A stretch of 64,000 bases of DNA from Ministeria vibrans ATCC 50519. Taxonomy: Eukaryota; Protista; Filasterea. This document shows positions 49,798 to 60,971 of the stretch, one piece after another. The stretch spans positions 232,713 through 296,712 of the forward strand of contig CALSCP010000313.1 of assembly GCA_943704425.1 (NCBI GenBank). Reading direction: 5' to 3'. Position 1 is the stretch's first letter; the number at the start of each line of letters is the position of its first letter. A model generated the notes under the pieces. It worked only from the letters and a program-made list of their open reading frames with translations. It was not told the origin of the DNA and did not search any database. Made by a program: the position numbers and the translations under genes.

Positions 49798-50065
49798 TTT
49801 TTATTATTATTATTACTAAAATATCATAAAGACGTTTTTGCCTTCGCTTGCAGTTGAGACAATGAGTCCCTCACGAGCCTAGATCTCGATTCTTGACTCA
49901 TCACTCATGAGTAACATGATCATGAATTCTGATCACTCTTGAGTCTCGAGAGAGACGGAGTGAGTTGAGTCTCAACGCTCTCTTTGCTTTGGGCTTCGAC
50001 TTTTCATCATTGTTCTCATGTTCTCAAATCTCAGTTCTGTGTTCAATATAATTTTAACACGCATC

Positions 50066-51242
50066 ATGTCGACAAAGTTGTCAAGCGTAGCAACGCATGC
50101 AAGCGGAATACCGAGTAATACGGTGATTTTGGAGGAAGATTTTGACGAAGATTATGAGCCGACCAGTGACGAGATTCGAGAGTATGCTGAGGCGCTCGGG
50201 ATGAACGTAGAGGTGAGATGTTTGCTTCGTATACAGTGTCCTTGCATGTGTATCATGTGTGTAGAGTCGAGGGTGGCGCTTAGGCCACAGTTGGTCTATT
50301 ATTTGCACATATCAGGACAGAAAACTAATACTGCTTTGTTTCTGCGTTGCGAAGGACGACTCTGACCTGCTGTGGATTGCGCGGGACGGTCTCAAAGCAC
50401 CATTGCCACCTGATTGGAAGCCCTGTCAGACTGGCGAAGGTACGAGCTTTGATTGAACTCTGGAAGGATGTTGGGAACAAATTCGCAAATTTAAAAAGAA
50501 AAAAAAAGATGAACTTAATAACTGACACTGATTGGTGTTCGATGTATATACGACGTGCGTAGATATCTACTACTTCAACTTTAAAACACAAGAGAGCGTG
50601 TGGGACCACCCTTGCGATGCGCACTTTCGCAGCGTGTACGAGGATGAGAAGGCGAAGAAGACAACGTCAACCACTGCGCGCTCAGCAGTAACACGGAAAG
50701 GGTCGGCGACACGTCTCTGGTCCGTGGGCAACGCATCGTCATTAACGCACATTGATCAGGGCGTACGCAACGAGCTCATTGTGAGCGGACAGGAAGAAGC
50801 GGACGATCGTGGGAAGAAGAGCGACGTGCAGTCGAAGAAGCAGGGAGGGGATGAAGGCGCGGATCTCTACAACAACGACTTTGAGTCCGATGACGAAGAA
50901 GAGAACGAGGGAGATGCTATTGATGGTAGCCACAGAGACGAGAAGGTGCTTTCTGATGAACTGGCGGAGCAGGGCATTGAGGAGGATTTGGAGTACAGGG
51001 ATGACAGTAGCGAGGAGCACAGCAGTGCGACTAGTGATCTGCATGATGACCGGGCACGCGTCGACTCGCCGTCGAAGTTGGGTGATGTCGATAGCGGCTC
51101 ACCTCCAAAGTATGTCGTGGAAGAGCCAGATGAGGAGGAAGAGAAGCATGCTATAAGTGAGCATGACCATGTCGAATTGAGCAAACTAGAGGTTGAAGGC
51201 CGAGGCCGAGGCCGGCGAGGCGAGCAGGATGATGATGATTAT

Positions 51243-51277
<35 letters not shown>

Positions 51278-52982
51278 TGATGATGATGATGATGATACGG
51301 GTGTCGGGTTAAACGGTGCGAGTACAAGTGCCAAAGCAGACGCCGCCAAACGAGCCTGGAAGCTGGAGCAGAGTTTGTTGACGAAAAGAAGTCAGCTGGA
51401 GGCTGCTTTGGAACGGCGGTATGAGAAAGAGGAGACGCAACTACGCGCTGCACATGCAGCGCGAATACAAGCACTCCAGGAGACAGAGCAGGAGAGACAG
51501 GAGCGGTTGGAGCGTGAGTTGAAGGCAACGATGGACACACACATGTCGGAGTTGCGGCAGGAGCTCGACCGGCAACACGAGACCGAGCTGGCTAGGCTAC
51601 GTACAGACCTCCAGGCGCGTCACGAAGAAGCCGCGCAGAAACTGCGACACGCCGTGGAGTTGGTCGAGACGGAGGCAGAACGTGACGCGGAAGCAGCTGC
51701 AGCCGAACGACGGCTCGAGTTGAAAGAGCAGCAAGCGCGTGTGATGCGAGACGACGAAGAAGACTTTCAACGCGCGCGTGAACAGCTCCAGGCGAACAAT
51801 GCCGAACAGTTGGCAAAGGTGCGCAGTGAGGGAGAGACGCAGATGCGTCAAGAACGTGAACGGGTCGAGAAAGAGCTCAAGAGCCTCGTGGATGAGTACG
51901 AGAAGGAGGTGGCGGAGACGCATGAGCACCTTGGGCGACTGCGGAGTGATCGAGAGAAGCGTGAACGTTCATTTGCGGCGCGACGAAAGGAGATTGACGG
52001 GGAACTGGAAGCAATGAGTGCTCGATTAAACGCACTCAAGGGGCGCCACGGAGATGCGTTGCAGGATGGCGCAGGTGACGCGACATCGCAATCGAAGCGA
52101 GAGCACCAAATAAGAACATGTGCCGAGCTACGTGAGCAACGGAGCCATGCCGAGCGCGAGACGCTCACGGCGAACATGGAACAACCACAGCAGAAGCTGC
52201 AAGAGCAAGAGGATATTGAGGTTGAGGGTGGTCCAGACGTTGTACGGAAATCAACAATGTTGTCGATGCACGGTGCGCATGTATCGCCCATGAAGATGCG
52301 AGACTTGCGTGCCGGCTCGACCACGGACGGCAGCGACGCCAGTACTGACATCGCGACTGCTGCGCCGCCTGGCGTTACCAAGTCGGCAACGCCACCACCA
52401 CGGGGCAATTTCAAGCGGCAGCACCATCGTGAGGCGTTTATGTTAAGCTCGAGTGAGCTCGAGGACAACAATATCGATAGCAATGACGGAGATTCTGTTT
52501 TGTCCTCGAGTAGCGGTATCGTGAAAAATAATAATAATAATTATAAAAATTAATAATTATATTTTCTAATCAGTATTGTTATTAAACTAACAATAATTAT
52601 ATTATAGCCCTTCTTCTTCTAATAATAATTATTATTCTTATAAAATAATAATTATTATTATTAATAATTATTTTTTGTTATCATTAATAATAATATTATT
52701 ATTATTATTATTGCTTTTTTTTGACATTGAGTGAACTCTTATTCGAATTCGAATTCTCTTATTTATTTATTATTTCTTTTCTCGTAGAACTTTGTGCAGT
52801 TGACAGAAGGTTTCTTTCGGTGAAACTGCGACACAGCCAAGCGTTTGCGTTTTTGGAGCGAAACCGCGGCCGTATGGGCACAAGTGGTCAGCGTATCCGT
52901 AACGAAAGCAGAGAGCCAAGTCGACGACAGGAGGATCGTCTTGGCATGGACAGTGATGAAAGCGATTTGCTTGATGATGATA

Positions 52983-53016
<34 letters not shown>

Positions 53017-53499
53017 CATTGTGAGCAGTCTCCGTAGTAGCAGTTTGAGCAGCGCTAACAGCTGCAATTACTCGATTGGCGCAGGCGACTTGTCGTCACT
53101 TGATGACTCAAGCTCGTCCACGTCCACACTGACTGCAGTAAATATGCGCTTTTCTGACTATGTCCCCCCCTTGTTGACGCATACATTAAATGGTGCTGCT
53201 ATCACGCGCAAGTAAGCATTGTCATACATTGTTATTGGTATTGTTTTTTTATTGTTATTGTCATTGTTTTTATTATTCCAAAAATATAAAAATATAATTA
53301 TTATTATTATTATTATTAATCTTTCGCGATTCTTAGTCATGCAAAGATGGGATCGCGTGGCCTTTACACGTCACAAGCGCCCGTACATCCTGTCGATGGA
53401 TTTGCTTTGCGACAGCGAGAAACGGCGGCATTACTGGCCAATCACTCCCGTTGGCTCTCGTCTATGCGACAGTCGCTCAGTGTCGCTTCGCGCCGATAA
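50066..53499 (+). CDS. CEP164: Centriolar distal-appendage protein CEP164 homolog (WW + coiled coil)
   Basis: [61 protein letters not shown] (CEP164 N-terminal WW block), followed by a long coiled coil. An upstream in-frame ATG at 50018 is also possible. Confidence 0.85.
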
Positions 53500-53945
53500 G
53501 AACCATATTGAAAGTATAAATATATTAAATTATTATACTAGAGGGGATAGGGATATATTGGTGTTGTTGTGAAATGTTGTCTGGTGATTGCCTGTTGTAG
53601 CCAAATGACAAAAGCCAAAAATCTGAAGACAAAAGTGAAATGATTAACTTGAGTACTTGACATTATTTCTCACACACACAATTTTTCTTACCTTACACTG
53701 TCGCGTCGTACTGTGCGCATCTGCTCCCAGGCACCCATTCTTGGCTGTGCGCAGGAACCAGGATGGACGACGATGCGCGATCCCGGTCATCCAGTGGTAC
53801 GCGTCATGTCACTCGAACGGGTCTCTGCATCTCCTTGACGTGTGTCTGCTCGTCCAACCGGCATCGCCCGATATCTTTTATGGACGCCGAATGACTTAAG
53901 ACTGGCTCGTTTTACCAGACGATTGTGCACAGGCGAACTTGGGTG

Positions 53946-53992
<47 letters not shown>

Positions 53993-54300
53993 CACAAACT
54001 TCTAACAAACACCAAACAAATCCGTTAGTTCCAAATTTCGTCGCGGGCTAACGCAGTTTGCTGCTAATACGGCATGTTCTTTGCAGTACGCACATTCAAT
54101 GTAGAATGGATCATGGGAAATGATGAATTATGGGCTTGAGGGTCGTGGCATACCCCCTTTGTTATGCTTTACTTATTCTGATTGATTTAACTGAAGCCTT
54201 CTTCATCCATCGCCGCTGAACGATGATCCCCTAGTAAACCCCTAGTTAACTACTTAACTTTTCGTCACTGGCAGTCTTTTTTAGGCATACACAGAAGATC

Positions 54301-56223
54301 ATGCGTCTGCGTATTGTCACTCTTCTTCTTCATCTTCTTCTTCTTGCGGGCGTCTGCTATGCGCGTCTTCCTTGCGAAATGCGAGAGTGTAGAAGATACG
54401 ACGGCAACAACGTTGTCAGCACGTATGTTTGCGCGCAAACTATTTCACCTCACGATTGTCCAACGTTGGCAAAGGCAGATTGTACATGTTCCTGCGACGA
54501 CGATGCAGTAACTGTTTCGTTGGATTGCAAACAGCCTTTTCCAAACACCAAAAATGCGACGAATGGTGAATGCATGGTCACTTATTGGAACGATCACGAG
54601 TTCACTCGTTTTGCATCTGATACTGAGGTGGTCCCGAACGGAGGTTGTGGCTATGTCGTGTATCGATCACTCTGTGTCGTTCCTGTTCCACCAGTTCCTG
54701 CGACTCCAGCTGTTCGTAGCACCTCCTTGACGAGCGTAACAATTCAAGTGCACCCTATTCCTCTGCCGAACCGACTCTTCGTGCAGGCAACCTCGGCCAG
54801 TACGTTTGCCCATCCGTTCGACACGGCCTTGCCGGAAAATATCGAAGCTTTGATTCCAAGTCCAGACAATGTTAACGACACATCACCTTCGAATTTTGTT
54901 GTGGTTCATTTGGAAGCAGGAACCCACTATAAGCTACGACTCCTCGCTGCACCAAGTTCCACCGCTGTCACATACACGGTCAAACTGAGCGAGACTGTTG
55001 AGTTTAACACTCGCCCTGCCCCAGTGATCTCTCAAGAGACCGTGACGGGCCTTGTCGGCTTCAGTGGTGTCCTTGTGCTCATTATTATGATCATGGGCAC
55101 CACGATGGTGCGCGCTGCCTGGAAACGTCACAGCTCACAGCTGACGGACCAGCTGGAGGAGTTTAAGCAAGGTATTGCGATCGAAGAGGATTCGATTGAA
55201 ATCTCAACGGCACTGGGGGCGGGAGCGGGAGGCACAGTGTTCCTTGGCACGTGGGGCGGCATTAAAGTCGCTGTCAAAAGCCTCCATGCCAACAGCTTGG
55301 AGCCGATGACGGGGGACGCATCGCGCGAGTACGAGGCCATGCTGTCCATTCGATGCCCGCACATTGTGCTCTTTCACGGCGTCACCACCCTGCAAGGCCG
55401 CCATGCGCTCGTCGTGGAATTCATGGAACATGGAGCGCTCTTTAGCGTTCTTCATGCCTTTGATGACGAAGGAAATCGTATCGAGAACAAGCATCCGCTG
55501 CGCCAGGGTCTCAGTGACACGGTGAAGCTGCGCTGGCTCCTCCACACCGCCCGAGGCCTCCAGTACCTCCATTCCCACAAGCGCATTCACCGAGACATCA
55601 AGTCCGACAACATTCTCATCAACGCAGGTGGCATCGCCAAGCTGGCTGATTTTGGTACATCCCGGCCGCTGTACGATGGCGAAGCATTGCAAACGACCAA
55701 CACAAACGTCCGCGACGTCGGTGTCCGTCGCACCAACAACGACGAGCGCCGACCTCTGCTCGGCGATGTGGAGCTTGCGACTGTTGCAGGTACTAGTAGC
55801 ACTGCGGCTGGTACACCAAGCAATGCGTCATCTCTCTTCAACGCTCGGATTCAGGGGTTGCAGACTCGCGATGTGGGCACGTCACTCTACATGGCTCCCG
55901 AGATGATGTCCAATTCGACGAAATACCGCAACAAGGCGGTATACAGTCAAGCATGCGACATCTACTCGTTTGCCCTTGTCATGTACGAGTGTTTTTCCGA
56001 GGCTCTCCCGTTTAGTGCTGCTCCGCAGATCAAATCTGTCTGGGGAATTGAAGCGTGGGTGTTTTACCCGCTCGTCGTTGATCAACATCTCCGCCCCACA
56101 GAGCCTTCCTCTGCCACCCCCGATCAACTTGCTTTTATCCGTCGTTGCTGGGCAAGCAAATCAAAAACCCGCCCTTCCGCTGACAAGGTGTGCTCTTTTC
56201 TTTCCGACCAACTCAATGAATAA
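54301..56223 (+). CDS. Intronless single-pass receptor-like Ser/Thr (TKL-type) kinase with Cys-rich and FN3-like ectodomain
   Basis: Signal peptide, Cys-rich segment, FN3-like LEAGTHYKLRL, TM segment, then GAGAGG, VAVK, HRDIKSDN, DFG, GTSLYMAPE, DIYSF, CW..RP. Confidence 0.92.
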   Translation: MRLRIVTLLLHLLLLAGVCYARLPCEMRECRRYDGNNVVSTYVCAQTISPHDCPTLAKADCTCSCDDDAVTVSLDCKQPFPNTKNATNGECMVTYWNDHEFTRFASDTEVVPNGGCGYVVYRSLCVVPVPPVPATPAVRSTSLTSVTIQVHPIPLPNRLFVQATSASTFAHPFDTALPENIEALIPSPDNVNDTSPSNFVVVHLEAGTHYKLRLLAAPSSTAVTYTVKLSETVEFNTRPAPVISQETVTGLVGFSGVLVLIIMIMGTTMVRAAWKRHSSQLTDQLEEFKQGIAIEEDSIEISTALGAGAGGTVFLGTWGGIKVAVKSLHANSLEPMTGDASREYEAMLSIRCPHIVLFHGVTTLQGRHALVVEFMEHGALFSVLHAFDDEGNRIENKHPLRQGLSDTVKLRWLLHTARGLQYLHSHKRIHRDIKSDNILINAGGIAKLADFGTSRPLYDGEALQTTNTNVRDVGVRRTNNDERRPLLGDVELATVAGTSSTAAGTPSNASSLFNARIQGLQTRDVGTSLYMAPEMMSNSTKYRNKAVYSQACDIYSFALVMYECFSEALPFSAAPQIKSVWGIEAWVFYPLVVDQHLRPTEPSSATPDQLAFIRRCWASKSKTRPSADKVCSFLSDQLNE

Positions 56224-56260
56224 GAACAAAAACAAATTATTTTCAATCAATACTTTTTGG

Positions 56261-56633
56261 CAGAGCCTGGTGTCCCTCCCCAGGCAGGGATATGGTGCAT
56301 CTGGTGCCTAACGCGTCACTTGTCTAACCATCAGCATTCAGCCAACCTGTCTCCGCTCCGGTGCTCCCTCTCAACGCTCCTGTCGCTTAGAAAGTGCTTC
56401 TGAGCTGTTTGTGTTGTGGCTTTGGAGTCACTTATTGTGATTGATAATTTTAGCCCTTGTGCTGACAGAGCCTTATGTCCCTCTCAGGATATGTGTATCT
56501 GGTGCCTATCGCATCACTTGTCTGGCCATCATCCAACCTGTTTCCGATTTCTTTCGAGGCTTCCGTAGCTAGAAAGTGGTTCTGAGCTGTTTGTGTTGTC
56601 GCTTTTCGCACTTTTCGTTCGTGATTGATAATA
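56261..56633. repeat. Two diverged tandem copies (~56261-56450 and ~56466-56633) of a non-coding element
   Basis: Shared blocks CAGAGCCT, ATCTGGTGCCTA, TCACTTGTCT, CCAACCTGT, TAGAAAGTG, TTCTGAGCTGTTTGTGTTGT, GTGATTGATAAT. Confidence 0.9.
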
Positions 56634-56707
56634 AATTGGAAATCTTATTATTTTTATAATTTTTTATATAACAACGCAAGGCGTCGTCGTCTCTCCAATC
56701 GTATCTG

Positions 56708-57068
56708 ATGTCACGCGTCCAACGAGCGCTGGATGCGGTGAACCGCTTCATGCCGCGCGTTGCCCTCAACACGCTCCAGCCAGCAGTGCCCAAGAAGAAG
56801 AAGCAGCGCGTGGGCCGCGGCATCGGCTCGGGCCGTGGCCTTGCATCCGGCAGAGGCAACCGTGGGGGCTGGGGAAAGCGGCACGGGAAAGCGCGAGCGG
56901 GATTCACCGGAGGCGAAGTACAGTTCTGGAGAGCACTCCCCAAACACGGCTTTCGCACAAAGTAAGTGCGTCTGCCCGCCAGGCGATAGGCGTGTCCATT
57001 GACCGTGCTAGACGATTGTCGTGCGTCTTTGGCGCCACAATTCTTCCTTCTTTGCATTTCATGCGACA

Positions 57069-57099
<31 letters not shown>

Positions 57100-57841
57100 C
57101 TGTCTGTCTGTCTGTCTCTCTTTTCTCTCCTTCACTCTGCTCACGCTCGCTCCGCCTCTCTTTGCAGACTGCCCGACCTGCATACAGTGAACCTAGGCAA
57201 GCTACAGCAATGGATTGACACGCGGCGCATCGACGCGCGCGGCACCATCGACATGTACGCACTGAACAAGTCAGGCATATGCGGACGCATCAAGTACGGC
57301 GTCAAGCTGCTGGGCGACGGCAAGGAACGCTTTACGCACAAGATCAACATTGAGGTGTCGCAGGCAAGCACCTCAGCGATTGCTTCGATCGAAGCACTCG
57401 GTGGCACTGTCAAAGCCGTCTACTACAACCGGTAAGTGCACACACACATCCTGCCCAGCCTTTGAGCGTTGCTGAGGCTGCTTTGCACACACAGATTGTC
57501 GTTGCGTGCCCTCTTGAAGCCACACAAGTTTGTGCAATTACCTCACAAAGCGGCGCCTCTCATTCGTCGTCATCGTCTCTACTACTCTGATCCCGAGAAG
57601 CGGTAAGGAAGAAAAAGAACCAAAACCAGCGAAGAGCGCTCATTTGAATGTTCTTCTCTCTCTTTTTTCTCTTTCTCTCTTTCTCCTTTTCTCACTCCAT
57701 TGCATCATTGACAGTGGTTATCTGGCGAGCGATGAAGAAATTGCAGAAGCACGAGCGCGTCTTGCGGAGGAGGTGCGTGCGTCGCGGATGGCGGCTGTCG
57801 ACAAGGACCGCACACTGCCGCCAAGCAACCAGGACGTCTGA
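56708..57841 (+). CDS. MRPL15: Mitochondrial ribosomal protein uL15m, 4 exons
   Basis: RVGRGIGSGRG..GRGNRG, GFTGGEVQFWRALPKHGF, VNLGKLQQWID..RID, YGVKLLGDG, INIEVSQAS..AIASIEALGG, YYSDPEKRGYL. Confidence 0.93.
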
Positions 57842-58041
57842 AGCTCCCCCCCCCCCTTTCTCTCTCTCTCCTCTGTCTATGTGTAACAATTAAAACAAAA
57901 AGTCGCCGCAAGCGACTGACCCATGACGAAGAGATGTGAGAGAGACTGAGGCCACTCTCAGCCTCTCCATGAGATCCAAACAAAGGAGTAGGGCGAAATA
58001 TCTATTATTATTTATTATTATATTAATTATTGTAGTTTTGG

Positions 58042-59020
58042 ATGGAGTTTGTCCAAGTCATGCTCTTTGGAGTGTTCCTGCTTGCGTGCAGTGCCCTCAT
58101 TACACACCAAATTCGCAAAATCGTTTTGACTGCGCAAAGAATACGACGCAATGACCCAAAGGCAGTGGCGGAACAACGCGCCCGCAGCGGTACACACACG
58201 GAACTTTGTATTGCCATTGGCGACACGGCTTGACCGAACATATATCTCCCGCTTTGTGTAGAAAAGTTCGGCGAGAAGAGAGACGAAGCTTACTTTGCCG
58301 CACAGCTGTCGACCAACGAAAAGGTACGCCTCTCCTCTCCTCCCTGCATCCCTCTCATTCCCTGCTTCCTTGATTTTTCAGGCCTCTGTGCGCAAGGAAC
58401 GCGAAAAGGAACAGATGCAGACGAAACTGGTGCAGTACGAGCGGATATTGCAACGTCTGCAAAAGGGCACTTCGCCGTCGGGAGTCGAGTCGTCCTCTGC
58501 ATCGTCCTCGGGCGCTCCCTCTTCGTCGTCAGCGGGTCGTTTGCGCCGTCGAACCGTTGCACAGCCTGTCGAGGAAGAGGAGACGCCCGCAGAGCGCAAA
58601 GCGCGCATTGCATTGCAAGAGGCACGATCCCTGCGCGAAATGCAAGACGCCGAGTTTGCCCTGTCGCTGGCACGCGACCAACAACGAAGCAAGCTGGAGG
58701 CGGAACGAGAGGAGCGTGCAGAGAAGGCAGAGTTGCTGCGCATAGCAAAGGAGGCGTCGCTGCCGCCCGAGCCCGACCTGAGCTGGCCAGGGGTGGTCAC
58801 GGTGCGTCTGCAGTGTCCGCACAACAAACGACACCAGCGACGCTTCGACAACCAGGTACCATGTCAGCTGATCATCGATTGGGCGTGGGCGCTAGGCTAC
58901 CCGTCAGATACGTATGGTATCTACACGCGCATCCCACGGCACCCCCTCACTCCCGAGGCTTCGCTGGAGCTCGCCAACTTTGTCCCCGCTGTCAATCTGC
59001 ACCTTGAAGAGCGCTTCTAG
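58042..59020 (+). CDS. Membrane-anchored UBX-domain p97 adaptor (UBXN8/FAF-like), 3 exons
   Basis: N-terminal hydrophobic segment, coiled coil LREMQDAEFALSLARDQ, LPPEP, UBX domain VRLQCP..RHQRRF..TRIPR..SLE...LHLEE. Confidence 0.85.
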
Positions 59021-59074
59021 TCCCTGTGCGTTGTATAACCGATAAATAAAATAGAGAGAGGGGGGGCTGTCTGT

Positions 59075-60741
59075 TTATTGAAGGAGATAGTGAATCATGG
59101 CGGAGGCGGAGTGCGGGTCGTACTGCACGCCACCGGCCATATCCATGAAGCCCGTGCCCAGGGCCAGGGTCGGCTTGACGAGGGAGATGCCAAAGAGAGA
59201 GGGAATGCGAAGAGCGGGCATGAGAGCGTTGAAGGCGGGCGGGATGACCGACTTGCACACCTTCTCGACCAGGATGTTGAGCAAGCCAATGTCGAGATGG
59301 CCCACCTCGGACGAGACAAGGGTGACGTTGCAGGCAAGGGAGACCATGCGCAGCGACACAGACGAGTTGGTGGGCGTCGTGCTGTTGATGTGAGGCAGAA
59401 GAACGAGGGAGGCGCCGGCGCCCAGGCTGAAGGCTGGCGTTGGAATGAGGGCTGTGCTGGTGTTGGACGGAACCAAGACGGTTGCGTTGACAAGACCATT
59501 GATGGCCAGCTGGAGGCCGGCAGGCGATGCCTTGATGAGAGGGGCGTTGCGTGCGGCCAGCGACAGCGTCATGTTGTCGTTGGGGTACATGTCGTACATC
59601 TTGGGCACAATGTGCTTAAATGTTGCCGTGTTGAGCAGCGTTGAGTTGGCACCCAGCATGCTGTTGGTCACGTTAAGCGCAATCACCCCCTGCTCAAAGT
59701 ACACGCTCGACGCACAGTTGAGCACATAGTCGCTGAGGAGAAGATGTACGGGCAGCGCCGTGTGAGGCATGGGCAACGTGCCGGGCTGCCACGGACACGG
59801 CGCCGGGTGCTGACGGTCCTGGAACAATCCCCGCAGCGCAATGGTGAAGTTGGACAGGTCAGCGGCGTATGTGGGCGGTGCCAGCATCGACATGTCGATG
59901 GTGACGCTCTTGAAGGGCACGACCACGTTGAGCTTGGCCAGTGCGCCCTCCACCACGTTGTTCACGAGGTTCTCCACGACCTTGGGGCCGTCCTTTTTGA
60001 TCGCGTGCTCAATCAACGGACGGAACAGTCCCTCCAGCGTGTTGTAGATCCACGAAACTTTGCCGTGGAACTTGATTTTGATCTTGTGCACGCTCACCTT
60101 GACGTCGCCCGTCGTGTGCACGGTCGGACGTCCATTCGACTCGCCCACAAGCATGCCAAACGAACAGCTGAACCCTTCCATGTCGATGTCCATCGAGCCA
60201 TGGTCAGAAATGTGCAGGCCGTGCTTTTCCTTCCAGTGGTAGTCGGCGGACGCTACACCGAGATCGAGAAGGATTGACATTGCACGATTGAGTGAGGACA
60301 TGATAAAAATGACCTTGAAAAACAATTCTCTCTCTCGTTCACACAAGCACCATTTTGAGGCGTACCTTTAACAGTCGCTGAAAAGTCCTCGGAGAGACCG
60401 CCAGCAATGATCTTGGTCGCGGGCGGACCGGACATTTCAATGGACGACAGTTTGATGTTGGACAATGTCCACAGAATTTGGCCCACAGGAGTGTGCGCGT
60501 CGCCTGACTGGTCGGGCACTTGGACAGACGGCAGCAGCTTCTCTGCGACGACCTGCACAAGCGTGTCGAGTTCGTCTAGGAAGCTGGCGAGAGACGCAGT
60601 TGAGTTTTTTCTTCTTCTTCACAGACTGTCGCAATCGCACCTCTGACCAATCACAGCTTCAAAGCCCGGAGTGATTTCGGCATTGGATGGCGCTGCATAA
60701 ATTGCAAGTACAGCAAGGAGCACGGCAGTGGAGAGCTTCAT
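59075..60741 (-). CDS. Secreted LBP/BPI/CETP (TULIP) family lipid-binding protein, 3 exons
   Basis: Signal peptide MKLSTAVLLAVLAIYAAPSNA. IKFHGKVSWIYN, LSDYVLNCAS, LNTATFKHIVPKMYDMYPN are BPI-family blocks. Confidence 0.88.
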
Positions 60742-60971
60742 TTAAAGGAATTAATTTGATGAATATAACTAAAAAAAAGATCAATAAAGAATAAATTTGC
60801 AAATCGCAATTCTTCCGCCACACACAGCCTCTCTTTCACTCACTCACTCACACACACACACAAAGGGTGTTTTCACTGTTTTGTTTTCACAGTCCCAAAA
60901 CTCACAAGAATGTTTAATCTTTAGCTATAAGATAATACATTGAATGTTTATGTTTTCGGCGTACAATTAAT

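Noticed and set aside
50214-50355. CEP164 intron 1 ending in AAG as non-canonical splicing
   Set aside because: Still GT-AG; AAG acceptors are uncommon but ordinary
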